Assembly (NCBI GenBank): GCA_965197475.1
Contig: CBDANF010000003.1
Location: 1,152,001-1,216,000 of the forward strand
Length of the DNA stretch: 64,000 bases
DNA from: Candidatus Poribacteria bacterium
GTDB taxonomy: Bacteria; Poribacteria; WGA-4E; WGA-3G
Direction: 5' to 3'
Each line of letters starts with the position of its first letter. Within the stretch, counting starts at the first letter, position 1. Under the pieces are notes generated by a model. It was not told the DNA's origin, did no database searches, and worked only from the letters and a program-made list of their open reading frames with translations. The translations under genes were made by a program, and so were the position numbers. Shown here one piece after another: positions 32,209 to 42,536 of this stretch.

Positions 32209-34204
32209 TGATTCGTCAAATCACCGATACCTGCCAATTTTACCTGATAAGAATGAGTAGGCGTAGGAAGTGAGGCAGTAAGGTGTTCCGCCGCCAAAGC
32301 CACAACCTCTGTATGCGTTAGAACTCTGCTATAGAGGCGAACATCATCAATATGTCCTCGCCATCCTTTACTGCTTGTAGTCCTACTCCCTATGCCGATG
32401 GAAAAGTTTTTGACGTCGGTGATGGTCCCCGCAAGTGCGGGATCAGCATGTGATAGGGTATCAAGCACACCGTCAATATAGACGCTAATTTTTCCACCGG
32501 AACGCCATGTAAATACAAGATGTTGCCAGTCTGTGCTTGTAGAGCGCGCTGAAGTCTCTACAGCATGCATCCCTGCTGTTGTCGTAATACCGGCTTTGAT
32601 AACTCCTTTTTCACCTCCTTGATCACCATTAGAGTCGTAGCGAAAGCTGAATGATGCATCGTTACTACCATCAACTTTACCAACTACAAACCCCCTGTCT
32701 GTTTCGGCCCATTTAGATTTCACCCAAAGGGACAGAGAAAAAGCACTCAGCCCGTTAATGAAGTCAACGTCCTCCGTTCCAAAGTAAACCCTTTTATCAT
32801 TTTTATCATTATTAAATGCACTATTTCCTATCCTTGCACCCATAGTACGTGCCCAAGTATTGGGACTTGAACTACCAGCTTTTGTTAGGTCATTACCGTT
32901 CCCGCTTGCATCCGCAGCAGTATCGCCTGTGCCTTCATCAAAGGCCCAATAACCGATTAAACCTTGTTGGAAATCTGCGGATTCAACAGAACTGGGATAG
33001 ACATAAGTAATGGTTTCTATTTGTGCAGTTTTTTCTTTATCGTCTTTTGAAGTAGCCGTGACTTGGACAAGATAACCACCAGGAATAGAAAGTGCAGTCC
33101 CGGGAATTGTCATTGTAACTTTTGAAGAAGCCCCGGGAGCAAGCGACACTGATGCCGAACTAAATCTCACGGCATTCTCTGATGTTGTCAATTGTATCGT
33201 ATCGTTTACTGTGCCAGTATTGGTGATAGTAAGGGTATATTCAGCTTCCTGCCCTACATGTAACCTCTCAGCCGCTAAACTATCCATCAAAGCAACACCA
33301 TGAATAACGCTAACAGTCGTTGTTGCGGTGAGCTGCGCGGTTTTAGTGGTATCGCCCTGCGAAGTAGCAGTGATGTCAACCATGTATTCACCTGCAGTCG
33401 TAAGCAACGTGCCTGGCACCGTTAACCTCACAGTAGAAGATGCGCCGGGGGCAAGCGATACCGATGTCGCGCTTAAGGCCGCATTCACATTACCTGATGT
33501 TGTTAATTGGATTGTATCCCTTGTGGTGCCGGTGTTCGTAACGGTAAAGATATATTGGATACCGTTCCCGGTATCAATCGCCTCAGGTGTCAAATTCGCT
33601 ACACCTGTTAAAGAGACACCGTGAGCAGATGCCTCTCTATTGTTAACGCGTGGCAGTCTTGCGATTTCTCTGGCACTCAGAACTTTATTGTAGAGGCGGA
33701 CATCATCAATCAACCCATCCCACCCACGACTTCTATCTTTACCGCCTCTCCCGATGACCAATTTGTGAACATTAGATAGCGTGCCCGAGATGGCGGGTCG
33801 AATAAATGAGGGTGTATCAAGTTTGCCATTGATATAGAGTTTCATCGGTTCGCCGCTGCGCCATGTAAACGCGAGGTGTTGCCATTCTGTCGTTTGCACA
33901 CCGCCTGAACTCTCAAGCGATTGTGCCCCACTTGTTGTCGTAATACCGGCTTTGATGACGTTACGTTGACCGCCGTTATAACCATCCTTATCATACCGGA
34001 AACCGAAAAAATGATCTTCGCCATTAGGGTTTCTGCCATTTATAAAGCCTCGGTCGGTGCCGGTGCCATTAGATTTCACCCAAAGGCATAGCGAGAAAGC
34101 ACTCAGCCCGTTGATCAACTCTGCACTGTCCACAACAGTGGCATTCTGCTTACTGCCATCATTCTTAAACGCACCCCCAATTTTACCTTCGTTAAATGCC
34201 AAGG
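29976..34204. repeat. Direct repeat pair 29976-30855 / 33328-34204 (LamG plus Ig module)
   Basis: Long near-identical nucleotide and protein stretch shared by paralogs 1 and 2. Confidence 0.9.
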
Positions 34205-35264
34205 CAACCCCTTTACTGAGCTGTGTGTAGCGGCTATTATCGCTCCCATCAAACGTATATTTCCCACCTGCCTCATCAAAGGTCCAATAGCCAATTAACC
34301 CGTTATCTACATCTGGCCTCTCCGGAGAAATATCCAGAACCATATCTGGCGTAACATCCTTAAATCGTAACCAGTCGGCATATCTTGCGTTCCCATTGCG
34401 ATCAACAGTATGAAATTTTACTTTTTTATCCTTTGCTCTTGACAGGTCAAGTTGGACAACCATCCTCTCGCCGGACAAAGTTTCACAACCATACATATGA
34501 TTGCTTGCGTGCAGAAATCGGACATGATAGAGACCATCCGGATCAATGAACTCAAAAAATGCATGAGGATTATTCGGTGGATATGCCACAGTTGCAAGCG
34601 TTTTAATCTTTACACCGTTTTCAATCTCACTGATTTTGCCACCGTTGAAGTAGGGATGCAAATCCAACCATTCCGCTGCACATTGAGATAAGCCGTCTCC
34701 TGGTCCACCCATCACACCGCCATCCGAACGGTAATCATGCTGTAGGACAAAATTATGCCCGAGTTCATGAGCAGTGACCTGCCAGCTAAAACAAGCCCCA
34801 GAGGCAGGGATGATTGTACGTCTCCCTGAAAATGCTAATCCGCACGCACCATCTACATTTCCACTGCCATGATCTATGTAAACCAGTAAGACGGTATTGC
34901 GTGTTTTAATCCTACCCTCAAATTCACTAAAACAACGGGATACACCATTCCGATATGCCGAAGCGTCCCTTCTTCCTATTACATGATGTACCACAACATC
35001 TCCGTTTTCGTCAGCCTCATAACGGAAGGTTTTTCTACCGAACCCAAATCTTTCCATATAGTCCGCGTAAAATCTCTGTGCGCGTTTTACCGTCCTGTCA
35101 ATACTCGCGTCAATGCCTTGACGGACACTACGGTCTTTTGGTAAAAAATAGACAGTCCTCACGATATATTCTTCCGGTGCCGCTTCCTGTGCAAAACCGG
35201 GAAGTAAAAATGTTAAAGTAAAAAGCGCAACTATGATAACTGTTGAACGAATGTATCCCAACAT
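31917..35264 (-). CDS. Secreted zinc protease/LamG/Ig-like/CTD protein (paralog 2)
   Basis: AAGGAG RBS before ATG 35264; HELGHNFVLQHD; two LamG domains; same tail as paralog 1. Confidence 0.85.
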   Translation of the reverse strand: MLGYIRSTVIIVALFTLTFLLPGFAQEAAPEEYIVRTVYFLPKDRSVRQGIDASIDRTVKRAQRFYADYMERFGFGRKTFRYEADENGDVVVHHVIGRRDASAYRNGVSRCFSEFEGRIKTRNTVLLVYIDHGSGNVDGACGLAFSGRRTIIPASGACFSWQVTAHELGHNFVLQHDYRSDGGVMGGPGDGLSQCAAEWLDLHPYFNGGKISEIENGVKIKTLATVAYPPNNPHAFFEFIDPDGLYHVRFLHASNHMYGCETLSGERMVVQLDLSRAKDKKVKFHTVDRNGNARYADWLRFKDVTPDMVLDISPERPDVDNGLIGYWTFDEAGGKYTFDGSDNSRYTQLSKGVALAFNEGKIGGAFKNDGSKQNATVVDSAELINGLSAFSLCLWVKSNGTGTDRGFINGRNPNGEDHFFGFRYDKDGYNGGQRNVIKAGITTTSGAQSLESSGGVQTTEWQHLAFTWRSGEPMKLYINGKLDTPSFIRPAISGTLSNVHKLVIGRGGKDRSRGWDGLIDDVRLYNKVLSAREIARLPRVNNREASAHGVSLTGVANLTPEAIDTGNGIQYIFTVTNTGTTRDTIQLTTSGNVNAALSATSVSLAPGASSTVRLTVPGTLLTTAGEYMVDITATSQGDTTKTAQLTATTTVSVIHGVALMDSLAAERLHVGQEAEYTLTITNTGTVNDTIQLTTSENAVRFSSASVSLAPGASSKVTMTIPGTALSIPGGYLVQVTATSKDDKEKTAQIETITYVYPSSVESADFQQGLIGYWAFDEGTGDTAADASGNGNDLTKAGSSSPNTWARTMGARIGNSAFNNDKNDKRVYFGTEDVDFINGLSAFSLSLWVKSKWAETDRGFVVGKVDGSNDASFSFRYDSNGDQGGEKGVIKAGITTTAGMHAVETSARSTSTDWQHLVFTWRSGGKISVYIDGVLDTLSHADPALAGTITDVKNFSIGIGSRTTSSKGWRGHIDDVRLYSRVLTHTEVVALAAEHLTASLPTPTHSYQVKLAGIGDLTNQKTRALPNFPNPCNPETWISYQLEKSSDVTVTIYAITGDVVRTLALGHQLPGSYQSRSRAAYWDGTNEHGEAAASGVYFYKFTADDFSAVRKMLVLK

Positions 35265-35316
35265 ATTAGTCTCCTTTTTTTCTGAAAAATAAAGTAGCAT
35301 TTATCTACTTTCAATG

Positions 35317-37275
35317 TTACTTTTGTAGAAACTCCCGAATAGAAGTTTTGGTTGTAATTTGTGCGGTTTTTGTGCTATCCCCTCCCGAAGTAGCGGTGAC
35401 TTTGGCGACATGATCGTCAGCAGTAGCGCGCACAAACCGCGGCACTGTCAATGTCACTTTTGAAGAAACACCCGGCGCAAGTGATACAGATGTCTGACTG
35501 AGTGCCGCATCAGCATTACCTGAAACTTCAAATTTTATCGTATCTTTTGTATTCCCCGTGTTAGTGACGGTAAGGATATATTCAATATCCGCATCTGCCT
35601 TGATCGTTTCAGGTGTCACATTACATATGCCTGTTAGAGCCACGCCATGAGAGGCGTTGTTCCCCCTTTCAATGAAAGCCATATCTCTAATTTCTTTGTC
35701 ATTCAGAACCCTGTTGTAGAGGTGAACATCATCAATCAGACCCGCCCATGAACGATTTCTGTCCTTACCGCCTCTACCGATTAACAATCTACCAACACCG
35801 GTTACTTCACCCTTGGTCGGTTCACTATTAAATGTAGATTTATCAAGCACGCCGTTAATATAGAGTGCAAGCTTCCTACCACTCTGCCATGTCAATGCAA
35901 TGTGTTGCCATTCGGTAGTTTGCACATCGCTCGCGCTCTCATACGTTTGAACACCCGTTGTTGTGGTAACACCGACTTTAATAACATTTGTCCCACCACC
36001 TACAGATCCTTCCGTATCGTAACGCATGGAGAATATCTCATCTTTCCCATTCGGCGTTTTTGGAAAAATAAAACCGCTATCGGTATTAACTTTAGATGAT
36101 TTTACCCAGAGGCTTAGAGTAAATGCACTAAGTCCGTTGATCAAGTCTGCCCCGTTAACGACAGTGGCATTCTTCTTTTTACCATCAAGTTGCAAAGCCC
36201 CCCCAATTTTTCCGCCATTAAATACCATAGAGGTTCCGCCACTCAGCTGTGCATAGCTGCCGTTGCCACTCACATCAAAAGCGTATTTCCCAGCTGCCTC
36301 ATCAAATGTCCAATAACCGATTAATCCATCATCTACACCTGATGCTCCCGGTGAAATATCCAGCACCATATATGGCTCAATATGACCATATTTAAACCAG
36401 CCTGCATATCTTGCATTTCCATTGCGATCGACAGTTCGAATATTGACTCTGTCTTTACCCGCTATTGTTGCGGTGTCAATTTTGACGATTGCCTGCTCGC
36501 CAGATAGCGTCTTACAACTATGCATCATTGTGTATAAGTGTAGAAACATGAGATGATAGAGTCCATCCGGATCCGTCAACTTAAAATATAGATGCAGATT
36601 CTCTGGTGGATATGCGATGGATGGCAGCCTCTCAATCTTTACCCTGTTCTCAACCTCACTAATTTTACCGCCGTTGAAGTAGGGATTGAGATCCAACCAT
36701 TGTGCTGCACATTTAGATAGCATATCTGGCGGGTTGTAGGACATGATATATCTACCGCCTCGGAAATCATGTGGCAATACAAAGGTGTGTCCGAGTTCAT
36801 GTCCAACCGTGCCCCAGAAAGGCGCACCAGGGACAAGTATACGTCTATTTGAGTAAGCCACCCCAGCACCATACCCTACATGATCTATAAAAACCAGTAA
36901 GATGGTTTTGCGTGTTTGAATTCTCCTCGCAAATTCGCCAAAACATCTTGATATACTCTTTTTATAATGCGCTGCGTCTTTTTTGCCCATTACATGATGA
37001 ATCACTGCATTTCCATTTACATCAGTCGCAAACCGAAAGGTTTTTCTACCGTACCCGTAATTTTCCATTTGGTCGGCGTAAAACTTCTGCACACGTTTAA
37101 TTGTTTTATCAAGCCTTGCATCTGTGTTTTCTCGTGGCTGTTTGTCTTTTGGATAAAAGTAGACAAGTTTAACTGTATACTCGTCTGATGCCTTTTCTTG
37201 TGCAAAACTTGGCGATAAAAATATTAAGGTTAAAAGCACAATTATGAAAAATTTTGAACGAATGTATCCCAACAT
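35317..37275 (-). CDS. Secreted zinc protease/LamG/Ig-like protein lacking the CTD (paralog 3)
   Basis: HELGHTFVLPHD, YIMSY, one LamG and one Ig-like domain. Confidence 0.85.
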   Translation of the reverse strand: MLGYIRSKFFIIVLLTLIFLSPSFAQEKASDEYTVKLVYFYPKDKQPRENTDARLDKTIKRVQKFYADQMENYGYGRKTFRFATDVNGNAVIHHVMGKKDAAHYKKSISRCFGEFARRIQTRKTILLVFIDHVGYGAGVAYSNRRILVPGAPFWGTVGHELGHTFVLPHDFRGGRYIMSYNPPDMLSKCAAQWLDLNPYFNGGKISEVENRVKIERLPSIAYPPENLHLYFKLTDPDGLYHLMFLHLYTMMHSCKTLSGEQAIVKIDTATIAGKDRVNIRTVDRNGNARYAGWFKYGHIEPYMVLDISPGASGVDDGLIGYWTFDEAAGKYAFDVSGNGSYAQLSGGTSMVFNGGKIGGALQLDGKKKNATVVNGADLINGLSAFTLSLWVKSSKVNTDSGFIFPKTPNGKDEIFSMRYDTEGSVGGGTNVIKVGVTTTTGVQTYESASDVQTTEWQHIALTWQSGRKLALYINGVLDKSTFNSEPTKGEVTGVGRLLIGRGGKDRNRSWAGLIDDVHLYNRVLNDKEIRDMAFIERGNNASHGVALTGICNVTPETIKADADIEYILTVTNTGNTKDTIKFEVSGNADAALSQTSVSLAPGVSSKVTLTVPRFVRATADDHVAKVTATSGGDSTKTAQITTKTSIREFLQK

Positions 37276-37288
37276 AGTAACCTCCTTG

Positions 37289-37379
37289 GCTCATGTAAAG
37301 AATGAGTGCTAATGAAAAAGTTTAACCCGCTTGGTCATTGCCTTCATTAAAAACAACCGCACACATTCTTTACATGAGC
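37289..37379. repeat. 21-bp inverted repeat (one mismatch) filling the intergenic region
   Basis: GCTCATGTAAAGAATGAGTGC ... GCACACATTCTTTACATGAGC, with an inner TAATGAA/TTCATTA pair. Confidence 0.85.
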
Positions 37380-37387
37380 GGTATTGT

Positions 37388-38674
37388 TTAGTAATACACT
37401 TCATCTTGCCTTGACCAATTGAAATGCTCGCTTTCAAAACTAAATAGAAAAATACTTATTGTGTTGGACTGCCAAGGACTTAGATTCAGTATCTTGTTCT
37501 CGCCGCGGTCTATCTTTCTAAGAAAATGAAGAAAGTAATCCGCATCAGGTGTGACAAGTCTAGTTGACGAAAAAATAGACAACAGTGCCACTTCCATTTT
37601 TAATCGCTTCCGCTGTGTGTCGTCTAAGAGCAGCAGCGTATCTATGAGTGCCAACGTTATGTCATGTAAAGCTAGTTGACTTGAAACCTTCCTTTGCACT
37701 TGGTCTACTTCATATCGAGAAAAAGCACCTTCAGAAAGCACATTTTTGATAGTCTGCTGGAAGAGAGGGTAGTTTACAATGTTGGAAACTATACGCATGC
37801 TGTTAAGCATTTCCGCTATCTCTCCGTTTTGAGATTCAATGAATTGTTCAAGCACACCTTTAGAAGCTAAGGCTAACCGCTTCGATGCATTCGCGTCAAG
37901 TGGAGCTAACTGTTCAATATGTGCTGCTAACACATATTCAGCGAGCTGGTTTATCCATTCTTGAAGTTCTAGTTTTCCCGTCAATTTTCTCTCTCGTGTG
38001 TAGTGTGTAACCAAACTATGCCAAACTTTGGATTGTGATCGGGTCAATATCCCATCCACCTTATCTTTATCGTGTAGTAAACTTACTACTGATTGCTGTA
38101 AAGGTTGTAGCAATATGTTCATTACGCTTAGGTGTGGTTCCCGACCATTTCTGTCAAGAAGCAGTTGCTTGATATTTTGATGTTGCTCAGACGTCAGACT
38201 GAGTGCCTGGGTCAAGTGATACAACATGAACTGAACGCTCGCTTGCGAATATCGCTGTCGCCGCGCCTTGGTGAAATCCACATAATTTTGAAACTGTGTC
38301 TCCGTCAAATGTTCGGCAAATGCCACCTTAATATCTGGATTCGACGACAACAATTCAAGCAATACTATACAAATATTCTTTTCTGGTTTCTCTGTTACGT
38401 AGGCACGCAATTTCCTGTCCTGCTTTAGTATTGTCTCAATTGATTCTCGAATTGATTGACGAAGTGCATTGACACTTGTCTCGTCCAGTTCATAACGATC
38501 ACCGATAGTTTTGCCAACGTGCTGTAGGAAAACCTCAGTTATATCGTCTTGGGTTGGTTCGCTTTTAATAATTTCAGCCGCTGCAAAAACAGGGATTGAT
38601 ATTACCATTAGTAAGAGAACACTTATTCTTATTAGATAGGCGGAGTAACGGTAAAGAAAAGGATTAAACATCAA
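37388..38674 (-). CDS. Secreted alpha-helical hypothetical protein
   Basis: Signal-like N-terminus (VFA-AAE); internal repeats such as LSLTSEQHQ and LLLDDTQRK. Confidence 0.7.
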   Translation of the reverse strand: MMFNPFLYRYSAYLIRISVLLLMVISIPVFAAAEIIKSEPTQDDITEVFLQHVGKTIGDRYELDETSVNALRQSIRESIETILKQDRKLRAYVTEKPEKNICIVLLELLSSNPDIKVAFAEHLTETQFQNYVDFTKARRQRYSQASVQFMLYHLTQALSLTSEQHQNIKQLLLDRNGREPHLSVMNILLQPLQQSVVSLLHDKDKVDGILTRSQSKVWHSLVTHYTRERKLTGKLELQEWINQLAEYVLAAHIEQLAPLDANASKRLALASKGVLEQFIESQNGEIAEMLNSMRIVSNIVNYPLFQQTIKNVLSEGAFSRYEVDQVQRKVSSQLALHDITLALIDTLLLLDDTQRKRLKMEVALLSIFSSTRLVTPDADYFLHFLRKIDRGENKILNLSPWQSNTISIFLFSFESEHFNWSRQDEVYY

Positions 38675-39221
38675 TTTTCTCCTTAATATTTACTTGAGTA
38701 TACGAGTTGTGCTAATTATCCGAAAGTATATTTACTATAGTTTGGACAATTTTTAATTTTTTTAGAGACAAAAAGCAGAAAAGAGGTTATCCTTTCAGTA
38801 TAGTATTTCATTTTTGAAAGGACATCAAAATGGATCCTCTTCTCCGATTAGAACATATGTTATCAGAATGTAGTTTGCGTTCTCAAGACGAACCTGACCA
38901 CGAAACAACAAGCACACGTCTTATTGTTCAGTTCTGATTTAGCGTTAGACGCTGAAAAAATGATGGATTATCCAGATTCGTTTTTGTGTTTTACCTTTTA
39001 TTGTATCCTTTGTATCGCCTATGTTATCTGCCATTGCATAACTACTTACTCCTTTGTTGTGAAACGGAAACACGGTCAGAAATTGTTAAAATCCATTTCA
39101 AATCTAATATTAAATATAATATATTATACTATATTTATGATCTAACATGGAATTATACATTATGTACGACTAAGTTTGTCAAGTTAAATTTCAAGTTTAA
39201 TTTTTATAATGTTATTTTGTA

Positions 39222-40042
39222 AGCAATATTAAATATAAATTTTACAGGTTCATCTGCTGGAATTGCTGTGGTGCCTGGATCTCTATCAAGGATTGGAATC
39301 TCGAAAAAGGTAATCTCTCAAGCCAACCGATGACGGCTTCACAGAGTTCAGTGAAACTCTTGAAAAAATAACTCCTGTTGATTTGATCTTGCATTAGATG
39401 CCACAATCGCTCAATGAGATTCAGATGCGGACTATAAGTCGGCGTTGGCACTAAACGCAACCGCTCTTTGTGGTGGATAAGAAAATCATCCAATTTCGCC
39501 GTGGTATGACTTGAGGCATTGTCTCGAACGATAAACAGCAACTCATCAGGATACATTTCCATTAGATTTTGCCAATGTGTTTTGATCTGATGATGCGTTT
39601 TGTTAGCATAGATCTCGGACAAGCCAGCACCCGAAGGATATTCTAAGGAGCCGATGAGGTATTTCCGCTGGTTTTTGCCGGGCGTGTTGACCTTATATTC
39701 ACTGCCTTGCTGGCGATAGACGCGTCCGGTCTTGGGACACCAAGACACATTCGCTTCGTCAAAGAAAAATAGGCGAGCCTCCTTTTTGCTATTCTCGGGT
39801 GGCGGGAGACCTAAACGCCGAAGTTGGGTATCTGGGACAATCAACCGCGTCGCCTCGCTCGTCAACTGCCCGTTTTTGCAAAGAGGACAACTCTGTCAGT
39901 TGTGTCCGTTTTGCTTGATATTCCGGGTCTGGACTCCCAACACGAAGTTTACTACGACCCGTTCGGTAGCCCATCCGCCGTAAAGCGAAATAGATCGCTG
40001 GTGGTGTTACCGAAATCTCGTGATATGCCTTGAGATAAACTC
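39222..40042 (-). mobile_element. IS630-family remnant (frameshifted, 5' part deleted)
   Basis: FFDEA, DNASSH, YSPHLNLIERLW; HTH segment YLKAYHEISVTPPAIYFALRRMGY in another frame. Left end is approximate. Confidence 0.85.
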
Positions 40043-40324
40043 TACATGATGCACCACAGCATTTCCATTTGCATCGGTTGCAAATCTAAATGTTTTTCTG
40101 CCGTACCCGTGGTTTTCCATTTGGTCGGCGTAAAACTTCTGCACACGTTTTATTACATTATCAGTCTTCTCATTTATGTTTTCTCGTGGCTGAGTGTCTT
40201 TTGGATAAAAGTAGATGAGTTTTACCGTATACGCATCTGATGTCTTTTCCTGTGAAAAACTGGGAAGTATAAATGTTAAGGTTAAAAGCGTAACTATGGT
40301 AACTGATGAACGAATGTATCCCAC
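40043..40324 (-). pseudogene. 5' fragment of a fourth protease/LamG paralog
   Basis: VGYIRSS...YTVKLIYFYPKD...FYADQMENHGYGRKTF...HHV, then the sequence switches to IS630. Confidence 0.85.
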
Positions 40325-40403
40325 AATACTATCCTCCAAATATCATTATTTCGTTGTTCGTAGTGGTGGTTTAGCGTTTCCCCACTGGTTAATGTGGCAT
40401 CGG

Positions 40404-41219
40404 TTAGTGCTTAAGTGCTCCCCATGACAAAGCTAATTTTGATGTTGTGAAAACAACCGCCGACGGTTTTTTTAAGTTTGGACTCAGTTCGTTCGGATGT
40501 CGTGCGATGCTGCTAATTCTGACTTCATCAATTGATCCTGTCCACAAGTCCCTTTCAAATATACCGTCTCTTTCTTTATCGTCACCACCGATGATAATAA
40601 AGTTCGTTTTGTGTTGAAACTGTACATCACTGTCCTGCTCAGCAGACCCCATAAGTTTCCCGTTGACATAGAGTCTCATCTTGCTTCCATCATAGGTCCC
40701 TGCGATGTGATACCACTTATTATCTTCTATGTCCTCGTTGGAACTTACGTGTACGGTGCCTTTTCCCATGGTGCTAACGCGGAATACGGGACGATTATTG
40801 TTTAAGTAGAGGATATAAGAATCAGCTCCCGACAAATTAAAATCTGCACAGATATTGCAGTTAGGCGGTATCCGCAGCTCGTCGGGGTATACCCACGCTT
40901 CAATAGTAAAAGCGGTTTTCAGTAGGTTTTCACCTGTTTTTTGAACCCAGATCCCTCCATCTCCGTCAAAATCAAAGTATCCGCCGTGTGCATCTTCTTT
41001 ATACCATTCTTGGTTTGCGTGCCATGTTACGTCACCTTCCACCATTACCTCCACATAGTTGCCAGTGAGATCTTTAATTTCGTTTTCGTTGAAATGCCAC
41101 AACGCGATTGTAGCATCGTCAACAACGTATTCATAACCACTTGCCCCGAAGGCAGGGACAAGTCCAAAAAAATGACTAACACATAAAAATATAGTAAACT
41201 GACATCTTATCGTAAACAT
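40404..41219 (-). CDS. Secreted LamG-domain protein with KLALSWGALK tail
   Basis: FTIEAWV, WYHIAGTYDG, IDEVRIS. Confidence 0.88.
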   Translation of the reverse strand: MFTIRCQFTIFLCVSHFFGLVPAFGASGYEYVVDDATIALWHFNENEIKDLTGNYVEVMVEGDVTWHANQEWYKEDAHGGYFDFDGDGGIWVQKTGENLLKTAFTIEAWVYPDELRIPPNCNICADFNLSGADSYILYLNNNRPVFRVSTMGKGTVHVSSNEDIEDNKWYHIAGTYDGSKMRLYVNGKLMGSAEQDSDVQFQHKTNFIIIGGDDKERDGIFERDLWTGSIDEVRISSIARHPNELSPNLKKPSAVVFTTSKLALSWGALKH

Positions 41220-41387
41220 TGTTTACCTCCATTAAGTAATATGGTGAATTATAAAAATAAGTGGACATTTTCTTCTGATTTGCTGCGTTTGTAGTTGTGC
41301 AATTCATTGCGCAACTACATTCACAGGTAGTCGCACTTTGTAAGCGTGCCGGAAATAGTGTATCGTTAATTGTAAAATCTACCATAA

Positions 41388-42227
41388 CTAAAATCTGGGT
41401 TTTTCAGATTCTGTTTGATCAGTTTCGGATTCATTGTAGGTTTCAGTCTCATCCAATTCTTTGACGGTGGGTACTTCACTTTCCTCATTTGCTGCGGTTA
41501 ATTGCTTAATACGGGCACACAGTTCTTCAAACAATTTAGGTGCAGTTTCTGCTGCTTTGAGTTCTGCGGAGAGTTGCGTCCACTGCTGTTCGGCGATATC
41601 GTTTCGAGATTCTACGCTGCATTTACGTTTCATATAATTCCAGAGATCTGCCTTACTGACATTTTCCTTTCCGAGCGATTCAGACAACTGATTCGCAATT
41701 GCGAAAGCAGCTTTTTGTGCATTGGTAATATTTCCGCCGGACTGTGGGGTTTGAGGTTGTTGCTGAGCGTTGCCGCCTCCGGCTTTACGATGCAGATAGA
41801 AGTTCAGCACCTCACGAATTACGGGGACAGGTATCAACTGTTTGATTGCGTTCCGTTGTGCTTTATGAACTGCTTTAGTAAATGCGAACGGATCGGGACG
41901 ACTCCCGTTCATCTTCGGCTGCTCATACGCACCCCAACGAGATGAACCTGTGATTGTATCTACTGCCTTGACAGTAGCAATCCAGGAATGCTCAAGTTCT
42001 TCATACTTGAGCTCCTCTACCTGAATGCCGCCGCGGCGGTTTGCCGCTTCGTTAATACCTGCTAACGTCAACCCTTCAACAACGCGTCCGCCTTGTTTGA
42101 AAGAGTAGACGTAATCTTGGATCGTTTGTCCGGTCATCAGTTCAACGATTGCTTGATCGTCAACTTGGTCGACGACTTCATATTCAGCAGTTACAGGAAC
42201 GATTTCATCCTTTTTTTCTTCAGACAT
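41388..42227 (-). CDS. Putative Rad52/Redbeta-superfamily single-strand annealing protein
   Basis: GLTLAGINEAA helix, a beta meander, then AFTKAVHKAQRNAIKQLIP helix; Q-rich linker, helical C-domain, acidic tail. Confidence 0.55.
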   Translation of the reverse strand: MSEEKKDEIVPVTAEYEVVDQVDDQAIVELMTGQTIQDYVYSFKQGGRVVEGLTLAGINEAANRRGGIQVEELKYEELEHSWIATVKAVDTITGSSRWGAYEQPKMNGSRPDPFAFTKAVHKAQRNAIKQLIPVPVIREVLNFYLHRKAGGGNAQQQPQTPQSGGNITNAQKAAFAIANQLSESLGKENVSKADLWNYMKRKCSVESRNDIAEQQWTQLSAELKAAETAPKLFEELCARIKQLTAANEESEVPTVKELDETETYNESETDQTESEKPRF

Positions 42228-42423
42228 AAGTATTCTCCATAAATTTTAATGTTGTTATTTTAGCATAACATGTTTTTCATTATACATCAATAAAAATATA
42301 CATTCGTTAATAGTAATTCAGTTTTATGTGTATTTTGAGGTTTTCGTGTATTCTATGATACCTGTTCATGACACTGTTTGTCAAGGGGTTATTTCGGGAT
42401 AAATTAGTTTGCGAGATGGGGAA

Positions 42424-42478
42424 CAAACTAACAGTTTGTGCTACAAAAACTCTTGACATAGCACAAACTGTTAGTTTG
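42424..42478. repeat. REP-like doublet (family B), perfect 20-bp inverted repeat
   Basis: CAAACTAACAGTTTGTGCTA / TAGCACAAACTGTTAGTTTG; a related copy lies at about 47737-47758. Confidence 0.85.
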
Positions 42479-42536
42479 CAGGTATGGAATTGTTTTGAAT
42501 GTGCATACGGATTTCGGGTGCCTTCCTGACAGAAGT

